From positions 9,302 to 73,301 of the forward strand of contig JAJYOI010000002.1 in NCBI GenBank assembly GCA_021796275.1: 64,000 nt of DNA, read 5' to 3'. The number at the start of each line of letters is the position of its first letter. Within the stretch, counting starts at the first letter, position 1. Source of the DNA: Bacteroidota bacterium. GTDB lineage: Bacteria; Bacteroidota; Ignavibacteria; UBA10030; UBA8401. Shown piece after piece: positions 21,041 through 29,967 of this stretch. A program made the position numbers and the translations under genes. The notes under the pieces were generated by a model that saw nothing but the letters and a program-made list of their open reading frames with translations, searched no databases and was not told where the DNA came from.

Positions 21041-23727
21041 AATTTCCGAAACGAACATTTCAGTGTGACGCTGATCAGACTTCGTCTGAACGCAGCATTC
21101 CTGCACAATCACAGCGACAGAACATTGCTGCCGTGTTCCTGCTCTTTCTTGTCGTTGTTCTTCCCGCATATCTTCACGCACAGGTACAAGATTCGCTGCC
21201 TGTCTTGCGGACAGATTCTCTTTCAATTTCCCGCAGCGATTCGGTTGCTCGTGCAGATACAACAGCGAAGAAGCGTTCGGGAATTGACACGCTCGTTACT
21301 TATTCTGCCAACGATTCTATTGTGTATTCATACAAAGAACGTGTGATGAAAATGTACGGCGACGGCAACGTGAAGTACAGAACGATGGGACTGAAATCCG
21401 AACGCATTGACGTGAATTGGAACGACAACACGCTCGAATCATACGGCGTGCTTGATACGGCGAAGGCGGCAGATGCCGACAGTGTGTCGAAGCTCTATCG
21501 CGGCACGCCGGTGATGGTTGACGGAGGTGAAACGTACGTCGGCTGGAAAGTCGGTTACAATTTCAAAACGCAGAAGGGCCGCATCACACTGGGCAACACT
21601 GAAATGGAGCAAGGATATTATCACGGGCAGTACATCAAGAAAGTTGACAAGGATATGCTGTTTGTTGCTAACGGGCGCTACACGACGTGCGACCGCGGCG
21701 ATCCCGATTACTATTTCTTCAGCCCGAAAATGCGCGTAACAATTCGTGATAAGATTGTTGCGGAACCAATTTATCTTTATGTCGCCGATGTACCGATCTT
21801 TGTCCTTCCGTTCGGCGTTTTTCCAAGTCAAGGCGGGCGGCGCTCGGGAATTATCGCTCCGGCGTACGGCGAAGATGCAAACCGGGGAAAATTTTTCAGC
21901 CACTTAGGATATTACGCCGCGATCAATGATTACACAGATTTGAGCTTAGCCGGCGATTGGTACACCGAAGGCGGCTGGAAAGGCTACTCGCAATTCCGTT
22001 ATGCGAAGAGGTATGAATTCAACGGAGGAGTTTCAGGCGAGTATTCCCGTGTATTGATCGGCGAACCGCGTGATGTTGACCGGCAGGACGAGGCGAACTA
22101 CCGCGCGCATATTTGGCATAATCAGCAATTCAACCCGACGACGAACCTGAATGTTGACTTCACGTTTGCCAGCAACAATTCGTACAAAACAAGCAACAAT
22201 CTCAGCGATTATCTGCAGCAGGAAATTTATTCGAACGCAACATTGAGTAAAACATGGGAAGGAACAAATAACAGCATGAACATCAACATTTACCGCCGTC
22301 AGGATTTACTCAACGGAAATGTTGATATGACGCTGCCGTCAATCAGCTTCTCGCATTCACAAAGTTATCCTTTCCGTTCCGAGAAACGTTCGCGCGGCTT
22401 ATCCGGATCGCCGGACAACGGTTATGCATGGTATGAACTCATCGGTGTCGGATATAATGGGCAGTTCATTAACAAGAATAACAAATCGAAAGATCAAATA
22501 ACCGGCGGCTTCATTCGTTATGACCGCAGCGGTGTGAGCCATTCGTTCAGCGTTAATGCATCGCCGAAGGCAGGATATTTTACGATCTCTCCGTTTTTTT
22601 CTTACAATGAACGCTGGTACGACAAAAGCACGCGCATTGTCGGCGTTGACACGAACAATGTGCCGGTCAAAAAAGATGTGAACGGCTTTGAAGCGGTACG
22701 GTTTTTCAGTACCGGACTTTCTGCAAGCACGAAACTGTACGGAATGTTTCAACCGCCGGTTCCCGGCTTGGTCGGTATCCGGCATACGGTGACGCCGAGT
22801 TTGAGTTATAATTACGAGCCTGATTTTTCGAAGCGCTCGTTCGGTTATTATGGAACGTATGTTGACAAATTCGGGAACGTTGTGAAGTACGACCGCTTTC
22901 AAAATGAAGTGTACGGCGGCGCGCCCGCCGGAGAGCAGCAGGCGCTGAATCTTAATGTCGGCAATCTTTTTGAAATGAAAACCGAATCGAGCGATTCTTC
23001 ACACAAGGAAAACAAGTACCAATTGTTAAATCTCAACGGCTCGGTCGGGTATAATTTCGCAGCGGACAGTATGCGGCTTTCAAATCTGTTTCTCAGTTAT
23101 CGAACGAGCATCGGTTCATTGTTAAGCCTCAGCGGAAGCAGCTCGTACAGCTTTTACAAATTCGATCAGTCGGCAGGACATCGTGTCGGCCAATTATTGC
23201 TCGATGCAAACAAAGGAATCGTACAACTGACAAGTTTCAGCCTGAGCCTCTCAACTTCTTTCCGCGGAGAAAAGAAAACGCGCGAATCGGTAACGCCGGC
23301 CGAAGACAGCGTATCGCGCGCAGAGATTGAACAGTACCGGCAGAACCGTAAAAGCGGCTATCAGGAAATGTATGAAGAAGCGCCGCCCGATTTCAGCATT
23401 CCGTGGAATCTTTCTCTCAATTTTAATTTTTCGCAAAGCCAGGATAATCCTGCACAGAAATTCCGCTCGGCAAATCTCAGCGCAAATTTAGGATTTAACC
23501 TCACGGAGAATTGGAAGTTCTCCGCCAGCGGAAGTTACGACATTCTTCAGAAACGTTTTGCGGCGCCGAGGATTGTTATTTATCGCGACCTGCATTGCTG
23601 GGAAATGAATTTCAGTTGGTCGCCGCTCGGACAATTAGCCGGGTACCGGCTTGAGTTAAAAGTGAAAGCACCGCAATTGCAGGATGTGAAGATCACGAAG
23701 CAAAGCCAGGCCAGCGGTTACTATTAA
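21037..23727 (+). CDS. lptD: LPS-assembly protein LptD (OstA-like): N-terminal OstA jellyroll plus a large outer-membrane beta-barrel. Start codon uncertain.
   Basis: 896 aa. GRYTTCD motif typical of the LptD N-terminal domain, followed by a long Y/N/S-rich beta-strand region. GTG start overlaps the glcK stop. Confidence 0.6.
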   Translation: MKFPKRTFQCDADQTSSERSIPAQSQRQNIAAVFLLFLVVVLPAYLHAQVQDSLPVLRTDSLSISRSDSVARADTTAKKRSGIDTLVTYSANDSIVYSYKERVMKMYGDGNVKYRTMGLKSERIDVNWNDNTLESYGVLDTAKAADADSVSKLYRGTPVMVDGGETYVGWKVGYNFKTQKGRITLGNTEMEQGYYHGQYIKKVDKDMLFVANGRYTTCDRGDPDYYFFSPKMRVTIRDKIVAEPIYLYVADVPIFVLPFGVFPSQGGRRSGIIAPAYGEDANRGKFFSHLGYYAAINDYTDLSLAGDWYTEGGWKGYSQFRYAKRYEFNGGVSGEYSRVLIGEPRDVDRQDEANYRAHIWHNQQFNPTTNLNVDFTFASNNSYKTSNNLSDYLQQEIYSNATLSKTWEGTNNSMNINIYRRQDLLNGNVDMTLPSISFSHSQSYPFRSEKRSRGLSGSPDNGYAWYELIGVGYNGQFINKNNKSKDQITGGFIRYDRSGVSHSFSVNASPKAGYFTISPFFSYNERWYDKSTRIVGVDTNNVPVKKDVNGFEAVRFFSTGLSASTKLYGMFQPPVPGLVGIRHTVTPSLSYNYEPDFSKRSFGYYGTYVDKFGNVVKYDRFQNEVYGGAPAGEQQALNLNVGNLFEMKTESSDSSHKENKYQLLNLNGSVGYNFAADSMRLSNLFLSYRTSIGSLLSLSGSSSYSFYKFDQSAGHRVGQLLLDANKGIVQLTSFSLSLSTSFRGEKKTRESVTPAEDSVSRAEIEQYRQNRKSGYQEMYEEAPPDFSIPWNLSLNFNFSQSQDNPAQKFRSANLSANLGFNLTENWKFSASGSYDILQKRFAAPRIVIYRDLHCWEMNFSWSPLGQLAGYRLELKVKAPQLQDVKITKQSQASGYY

Positions 23728-23894
23728 ACGAAAACGTCTGACGGTGCTTTTTTGCTGTCTGACGATTCAAGGGAAAGAACTTACTTGTGTAGTTGGATTG
23801 TTGGAATAGTGGAATGATGGATTTATTCCATCATTCCGTTTATCCAGTCATCCATTTCTTTTCGTGTCTTTGTGACTTCGTGGTAAAAAAAACT

Positions 23895-26018
23895 ATGCCG
23901 AAAACTCCGAACCGTCTCATCAACGAAAAAAGTCCGTATCTCCTTCAGCATGCGAATAATCCTGTTGACTGGTACCCGTGGGGCGAAGAAGCGTTCGCAA
24001 AAGCGCGCAGCGAAGACAAACCAATTTTTCTTTCCATCGGGTACTCGACATGTCATTGGTGCCATGTGATGGAACACGAATCGTTTGAAAATGAAGAGAC
24101 GGCGGCGCTGATGAACGACTATTTTGTCTGCGTTAAAGTAGACCGTGAGGAACGCCCCGATGTGGATAAGGTGTACATGGCGGCTGTTCAAACAATGACG
24201 GGAAGCGGCGGCTGGCCTCTGTCGCTTTTTCTTACACCGGACCTGAAACCGTTTTATGGCGGTACATATTTTCCTCCCAACGATGCGTACGGTAAACCGG
24301 GGTTTTCTACTGTTCTAAAACGAATCAATGAAGTGTATCATCAGGAAAAAGACAAAGTTGTTGAATCGGGTGATCAACTGCTTGCGTATCTTCAGCAGCG
24401 CGGCGAGACGAAGCAAAGCGGCGAACTGAGTGATGCGCTTTTGAAAAAAACGTATCATCAATTTGCGGCAAGCTACGATGAACGTTTCGGCGGTTTCGGC
24501 AGCGGACCGAAATTTCCGCGCCCCGTTGTTCTGAATTTTTTGTTTCGCTATTTCGCTCAGGCAAGAGAGAAAGAAGCGCTGGCGATGGCGCTTTCCACTC
24601 TTCAGGCGATGGTGCGCGGCGGAATGTACGATCATATCGGCGGCGGTTTTCATCGGTATTCTGTGGACGGGCAATGGCGCGTTCCGCATTTTGAAAAAAT
24701 GCTCTACGATCAGGCGCAGCTTATTTGCAGCTATCTTGATGCATTCCAAATCACACACGATGAATTTTACGCGGCCGTTGCCCGCGAGACGATTGAATAC
24801 GTGCTTCGTGATCTTGCCGACGCACGAGGCGGATTTTTTTCCGCAGAAGATGCAGACAGTTCTGTTCCTGAAAATCCTTCACAAAAATCCGAAGGTGCCT
24901 TCTATTTATGGACGAAAGAAGAAGTTGTACGGCTGTTGGGAAATAGCCGGCGCGCCGAATTGTTTTGCCGCTATTTCGGCATTGAGCAATCCGGCAACGC
25001 ACTGTCTGACCCGATAGGAGAATTTGCCGGAAAAAACATTCTGTATCAGCCTTTTGCGATGAATGATATTGCGGCACAGTTTTCTCTTGATGAATCGGAA
25101 GTGCGTGCAATTAAAACGAAAGGGCAAAGTGTTTTGCTCAATGCGCGTTCACGTCGCCCGCGTCCGCATTGCGATGATAAAATTTTGACAAGCTGGAACG
25201 GTTTGATGATCAGCGCGCTGGCGAAAGCGTCGCAGATTTTAGACGAGCCGCGATATGCCGATGCCGCCGTTCGTGCAGCAGAGTTTATTGTTTCAATGTT
25301 GTACAATCCGAAAACGAAAATGCTCCTGCACCGCTACCGTGACGGCGATGCGCGGTTCGAAGCGCATCTCGACGATTATGCGTTCATGGTGCAAGCCGCT
25401 CTTGATTTGTATGAAGCGACATTTGATGCACGCTGGCTGACATTGGCATTTGATTTGCACGGAACACAAATCGCACTCTTTTGGGATTCGGCTGAAGGCG
25501 GCCTTTTTGAAACATCGGGGAAAGACAAAACTATTCTTCTTCGCCAGAAAGAAGAATACGACGGAGCGGAGCCATCGGGAAATTCTGTTGCCGCAATGAA
25601 CATGATTCGGCTTTCACGGCTGAGCGATGATGATGTTCTACGCACCAAGGCTGAAAAAACCTTGAAATATTTTGCCTCATCTTTAGAACAAGCTCCGCAG
25701 GTGATGCCGCAAATGATCGTTGCCATTTCTTTGTTCCTCGCTCCGCCGCAGCATATTGTTATTACAGGAAGAAAAAATGCTGGTGATACGAAAGCGTTTC
25801 TTCATGCGCTTCACCGACACTTTCTGTCGAAAAAAATTCTTGTTGTGGTTGATGAGGAAGAAGATGAGAGTCTGATTTTTGAAAAGCTTCCCTTTACGAA
25901 AGAGATGAAGATGATTGACGGAAAAACAACAGTGTACTTCTGCGAAAATTATGTTTGCAACCTTCCGACGAACGACATAAAAGTGTTTGAAGAATTGCTG
26001 AACCGCTTGTCGTTGTAG
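23895..26018 (+). CDS. Thioredoxin-domain protein (DUF255/YyaL family) fused to an N-acylglucosamine-2-epimerase-like (alpha/alpha)6 domain.
   Basis: [22 protein letters not shown]...[16 protein letters not shown] signature. Start set at ATG 23895 (MPKTP). Confidence 0.85.
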   Translation: MPKTPNRLINEKSPYLLQHANNPVDWYPWGEEAFAKARSEDKPIFLSIGYSTCHWCHVMEHESFENEETAALMNDYFVCVKVDREERPDVDKVYMAAVQTMTGSGGWPLSLFLTPDLKPFYGGTYFPPNDAYGKPGFSTVLKRINEVYHQEKDKVVESGDQLLAYLQQRGETKQSGELSDALLKKTYHQFAASYDERFGGFGSGPKFPRPVVLNFLFRYFAQAREKEALAMALSTLQAMVRGGMYDHIGGGFHRYSVDGQWRVPHFEKMLYDQAQLICSYLDAFQITHDEFYAAVARETIEYVLRDLADARGGFFSAEDADSSVPENPSQKSEGAFYLWTKEEVVRLLGNSRRAELFCRYFGIEQSGNALSDPIGEFAGKNILYQPFAMNDIAAQFSLDESEVRAIKTKGQSVLLNARSRRPRPHCDDKILTSWNGLMISALAKASQILDEPRYADAAVRAAEFIVSMLYNPKTKMLLHRYRDGDARFEAHLDDYAFMVQAALDLYEATFDARWLTLAFDLHGTQIALFWDSAEGGLFETSGKDKTILLRQKEEYDGAEPSGNSVAAMNMIRLSRLSDDDVLRTKAEKTLKYFASSLEQAPQVMPQMIVAISLFLAPPQHIVITGRKNAGDTKAFLHALHRHFLSKKILVVVDEEEDESLIFEKLPFTKEMKMIDGKTTVYFCENYVCNLPTNDIKVFEELLNRLSL

Positions 26019-26031
26019 ATGCGCCGCTTTT

Positions 26032-26100
26032 TCATTGCGTGTCTTTTGCTCCCTCCAAAATCCAGCACTTCAGTCCGTTTATCTGATTCAGATTTAGCGA
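26032..26100 (-). pseudogene. Decayed 3' gene fragment, left copy of the ~65 bp direct repeat. Encodes ...NLNQINGLKCWILEGAKDTQ*, homologous to the C-terminus of the lipoprotein gene at 32962-33390.
   Basis: Manual minus-strand translation. In-frame stop immediately upstream at 26140-26142. About 80% nucleotide identity to 32962-33030. Confidence 0.55.
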
Positions 26101-26341
26101 TTCATAGGCGGTCTGAAATAAGGACTCTTGGTTCCATTTTTATTTCTCTTTTTTTGCTGGAAAACGACTGGTGTGTGGGAAAACGAATCTGTTCAATAAA
26201 CTGTATCAATTTGCTAGAGTTTGTTCGAGGAAATGCTGGCTGCCTATTGACAAACGTTTCGGGAAATAGTATATAGCAATTGCCGCAACGGCGGCTTAAC
26301 CGCAATATTCTCATCAATTTTTTTCTTCACGCGGGCAGGAA

Positions 26342-28462
26342 ATGAAATTCGATGGAAAGTTTAGCGACACCACTCTTCAAGTAATAACCAATCCGTCACT
26401 CCTCTCCTTTATTATTGCATCCATAATAATATTTACTTTACCGCCAATTTTTAACAGGTACAAAGCTTCAATAGCCGGACAAGAGAGACATCAGGAAAAT
26501 GTTAATATCTACTACGCTGACCTTGACAATGACGGAATTAGCGAGAAGATAAGAATTGATCAAACATCTGTTAATGTAGTGAGCCTTCTTGTTTTCAAAA
26601 ATGACAAAGTGATAGATCAGTGGAACTTTAAGGGAAAGCTTTTTGCTGCAAATCAAGCGTTTTGCGGAGATATTGACGGCGACGGCGTGAAGGAGATATT
26701 TATCTTTACATACAATGACAATCCAAGGGGAGAGGGAAAGAAAGTTTTTTTCCATTGCGTCAATCCTATAAAGAAGAAAGTTTTATTTCTCAACAGACAT
26801 GTAGTTGATTGTCTGCCCTTTGATAAGGAAACTGCCGGTGGAGTTTATCCCTGCGGTTTTTACGACGAGAACAAAGACGGGATAAAAGAATTTTATTTTT
26901 CGGTTTCAGCCGGCTACGCGCGCCAACCGCGTAGTTTCTTTGTCTTCGATCCCGCACACGATACCATCTATCAATCTTCCCAAAGCTACGCTCCGTTAGA
27001 AGAGCGGTTTACTTTTGACTTGGAAAATTCCGGAACTCCAGATTTTATCTATGCAACGACTGCAGTTGGGAATTTTGACACGAGCGCTCCGTTCTCGGAT
27101 ATGTACGCGTGGCTTATGGTATTTACAAAGAATGCAGCGTTTCGGTTTACGCCTGTTAAAATAGGGGACTACCCGTCCTGGTCAACTGCCGCACCTTTTA
27201 TTGAGAACGGAAAAAATTTTATTGTGACAATGAACATATATCTGGGAACGGAGAGCCATTCGTGCAGTATATCGTTATTTTCTTCGGGAATGAGAAAGCT
27301 GAAAGAAAGACAATTTCTCTATTCAGATGATTGGGAGTATCCTTATCTGTATTATGATACTCTTGAAAAGCCAAAGTACTTTTACCTCATCAAGAGAAAC
27401 GGTTCCATCGAAAAATTCGATAAAGGGCTTGACGTCAAGGAAAGAAAAAATATTCCGCCGGTCAGCGCGACAATGTATTTTCCTCTTGATATTGACGGCG
27501 ACGGAAAAGATGAATTGATCTTTCAAAGCGACGACAGAGATAATCTCATCGTTGTGCGAAATGATTTTTCAGATTATACTCTTCTCAACTGCGCCGGTGC
27601 CGGAGTATTGAGGTCGTGTTCTGTAAAATTGAACGGAGCCGACCCGCCGGAATTATCTGCTCCTTTTCCCGATATTAATTTTCTTATCCGTTATCAATCG
27701 AACCCATATTTTTATTTACGGTACCCTTTGTATGCAGGAATTTATGCGGTCGTCTTTTCTCTTATCATGCTCATTGAAAAAGGACAGAAGCATAGAGTTG
27801 AATTGAAACATGCGGCGGAAAAAAGAATTGCGGAGCTTCAGCTTAAGGCGATCAAGAGCCAGTTAGACCCGCATTTCACATTGAACATCATCAATTCCAT
27901 CGGGTCGCTCTTTTACAAGCAGGATAAGGAAAAAGCGGATTATATTTTCGGCAAGTACAGCAAGCTGCTGCGATCAACAATCCTGAATTCCGATAAAATT
28001 ACTACTACGCTTGAAAATGAGCTTGAGTATGTAAAAAATTATCTTGCACTGGAAGAATTCCGGCATGACAATAAATTCACTACGAAGGTCAGCGTAGAAG
28101 AAAATATTGATCTCACTATGCAAATTCCCAAAATGCTGATACATACTTTTGTCGAAAATGCTGTGAAGCATGGATTGAAGCCGCTTGAAAAGGTCGGATC
28201 GCTGCTTGTTGCAGTCTCACATTCAGACAGTAGCTGCACGATTCGCATTGCCGACAACGGGATCGGGAGAACGCGGGCGAAAGAAATTTCATCCACCAGC
28301 ACCGGCAAAGGATTGGCGATACTCGACCAGATTCTCGATTTGTATCAAAGCCTTATGAATGTGAGAATAACGTATGCTTTCAAGGACATCGTTGGCGAAA
28401 ACAATACAGCCGCAGGGACAGAGGTTCTCATTACCGTTCCGGCGGTTCAAGGCGAATGGTAA
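26342..28462 (+). CDS. Sensor histidine kinase: N-terminal TM, large extracytoplasmic domain with FG-GAP/calcium-binding-like DxDxDG repeats, TM, then LytS-type His_kinase and HATPase domains.
   Basis: DLDNDGISE, DIDGDGVKE and DIDGDGKDE repeats; TM helix YAGIYAVVFSLIMLI; His_kinase motif SQLDPHFTLN; HATPase block IADNGIG...GKGLAIL. Confidence 0.8.
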   Translation: MKFDGKFSDTTLQVITNPSLLSFIIASIIIFTLPPIFNRYKASIAGQERHQENVNIYYADLDNDGISEKIRIDQTSVNVVSLLVFKNDKVIDQWNFKGKLFAANQAFCGDIDGDGVKEIFIFTYNDNPRGEGKKVFFHCVNPIKKKVLFLNRHVVDCLPFDKETAGGVYPCGFYDENKDGIKEFYFSVSAGYARQPRSFFVFDPAHDTIYQSSQSYAPLEERFTFDLENSGTPDFIYATTAVGNFDTSAPFSDMYAWLMVFTKNAAFRFTPVKIGDYPSWSTAAPFIENGKNFIVTMNIYLGTESHSCSISLFSSGMRKLKERQFLYSDDWEYPYLYYDTLEKPKYFYLIKRNGSIEKFDKGLDVKERKNIPPVSATMYFPLDIDGDGKDELIFQSDDRDNLIVVRNDFSDYTLLNCAGAGVLRSCSVKLNGADPPELSAPFPDINFLIRYQSNPYFYLRYPLYAGIYAVVFSLIMLIEKGQKHRVELKHAAEKRIAELQLKAIKSQLDPHFTLNIINSIGSLFYKQDKEKADYIFGKYSKLLRSTILNSDKITTTLENELEYVKNYLALEEFRHDNKFTTKVSVEENIDLTMQIPKMLIHTFVENAVKHGLKPLEKVGSLLVAVSHSDSSCTIRIADNGIGRTRAKEISSTSTGKGLAILDQILDLYQSLMNVRITYAFKDIVGENNTAAGTEVLITVPAVQGEW

Positions 28463-28478
28463 GTGTAAAACCGAAAGA

Positions 28479-29137
28479 GACCCCGTAGGGGTCAAACATG
28501 AATAGCACCGTCCCGACGAAGTCGGGGCGGTGAATGCAATCACAACACACAGAAAAAACCCCGCAGGGGTTTAATAAAACGTATGAGCACGTATACACAA
28601 ATTCTGTATCAAATTGTTTTTGGTACGAAACATCACCAAAAAACATTAGCCGATGACAATCGTGAGAGATTGTACAGTTACATGGCAGGAATATTGAAAA
28701 ACCAAAAATGTCACCTGTATCGAATCAATGGAGCCGCCGATCACCTGCACATTGTTACGCATCTTCATCCCACCATTGCACTTGCCGGCCTGATTAAAGA
28801 CATAAAGCTTGCTTCATCAGGTTTCATCAAGGGACAGAATCTTTTTCCACGATTCAATGGGTGGCAGGATGGGTATGGCGCGTTTACATACTCTATCAAA
28901 GAAAAGGAAAAGCTGATAGAATATGTCAAAAACCAAGAAGTGCATCACAGAATCAAAACGTTCAGGGAAGAAATAATAGAATTGCTGAAGGAACATGAGA
29001 TCGAATTTGATGAACAATATTTGCTTTGAAGTTCGAAGGAGAATCTTTATTCAACCCCTGCGGGGTTGTGGATGGGTGTTCTATTGTCCCCATCCCGACA
29101 AGTCGGGATGGCTATTGACGTTCAATCCCTTCGGGAT
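28479..29137. mobile_element. REP-RAYT-REP module: the IS200-like Y1 transposase gene bracketed by inverted GC-rich hairpins (REPs).
   Basis: Upstream hairpins gaccccgtaggggtc (28479-28493), gtcccgacgaagtcggggc (28510-28528) and aaccccgcaggggtt (28557-28571). Downstream hairpins aacccctgcggggtt (29052-29066, the exact reverse complement of 28557-28571), ccatcccgacaagtcgggatgg (29088-29110) and aatcccttcgggatt (29123-29137). Confidence 0.7.
28583..29029 (+). CDS. tnpA: REP-associated tyrosine transposase (RAYT, IS200/IS605 TnpA-like HUH Y1 transposase).
   Basis: 148 aa. HUH motif DHLHIV; C-terminal Tyr-containing helix (IEYVKNQEVHH); IS200-like N-terminus (ILYQIVFGTKHHQ). Confidence 0.7.
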   Translation: MSTYTQILYQIVFGTKHHQKTLADDNRERLYSYMAGILKNQKCHLYRINGAADHLHIVTHLHPTIALAGLIKDIKLASSGFIKGQNLFPRFNGWQDGYGAFTYSIKEKEKLIEYVKNQEVHHRIKTFREEIIELLKEHEIEFDEQYLL

Positions 29138-29205
29138 TTTTTGTTGTTCTTCACAAAATAGATTACGGCCGGAGCTTGCTTAACAAGAATGAATACTTAC
29201 AACAG

Positions 29206-29814
29206 ATGAAATCCGCGCTCCAAAATATTACCTGCCTCATCGTTGACGACGAAGCCGAAGCCTGCGACAGGCTTGAACATCTGCTGCAAAAAATTACCAA
29301 CGTCGAGGTTATCGGAAAAGAAACCAATGCGGAGAAAGGAATTGCAGAAGCCGTTCGGTTATTTCCTGATGTTGTTTTTCTTGATGTTGAAATGCCGGAG
29401 AAAAACGGCTTTGAAGTGATCAAAAGCATTCACGGAAGAGACGTGTTTCCGACGTTCATCTTTGTGACGGGGTATAACCAGTATGCCATTAAAGCTATCC
29501 GCAATGCCGCGTTCGATTATTTGCTGAAGCCCGTTGACATTGACGAGATGCGCGAAGCGGTCGAGCGGTTTCGCTCTGCGCAAAGAGAAAAACTAACGAC
29601 CGTCCTTCCGGCAAAGCTCAAATCTCAGTTCTCGCTCACCGACAGGGAAATTGAGATCATACGGCTTTTGCGTGAAGGGAAAACCAGCAAAGAGATCGGG
29701 GAGATTCTTTTCATCTCTATCCACACCGTAGATACACACCGGAGAAATATTCTCCAAAAAACCAACACCGGTTCCACCGCCGCGTTATTTTCACTTCTCG
29801 ACATCCTGCGATAA
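29206..29814 (+). CDS. Two-component response regulator, NarL/FixJ (LuxR-type HTH) family.
   Basis: Receiver domain (LIVDDE...FLDVEMP...K) plus a LuxR HTH (LTDREIEIIRLLREGKTSKEIGEILFISIHTVDTHRRNIL). Start at ATG 29206; the track begins at TTG 29176. Confidence 0.85.
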   Translation: MKSALQNITCLIVDDEAEACDRLEHLLQKITNVEVIGKETNAEKGIAEAVRLFPDVVFLDVEMPEKNGFEVIKSIHGRDVFPTFIFVTGYNQYAIKAIRNAAFDYLLKPVDIDEMREAVERFRSAQREKLTTVLPAKLKSQFSLTDREIEIIRLLREGKTSKEIGEILFISIHTVDTHRRNILQKTNTGSTAALFSLLDILR

Positions 29815-29967
29815 CAGCAAGGATTGAGTAGAAAATTACTCAAGAGCGAACGATTTATACTCAGGATTGAGTATGGATTGTGAGACGGGAGTTGGTAATA
29901 TCATTGTGAATCAATTCTTTCAGTGGAATTTTATTTTAGATTCACTCAACCTACAAAGGAGATTGCG

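Noticed and set aside
26019-26317. Track ORFs 26019-26276 (+) and 26102-26317 (-) in the gap after the thioredoxin-domain gene.
   Set aside because: Low-complexity, mutually overlapping, no motifs. The region is better explained by the decayed lipoprotein 3' fragment and promoter sequence for the kinase gene.
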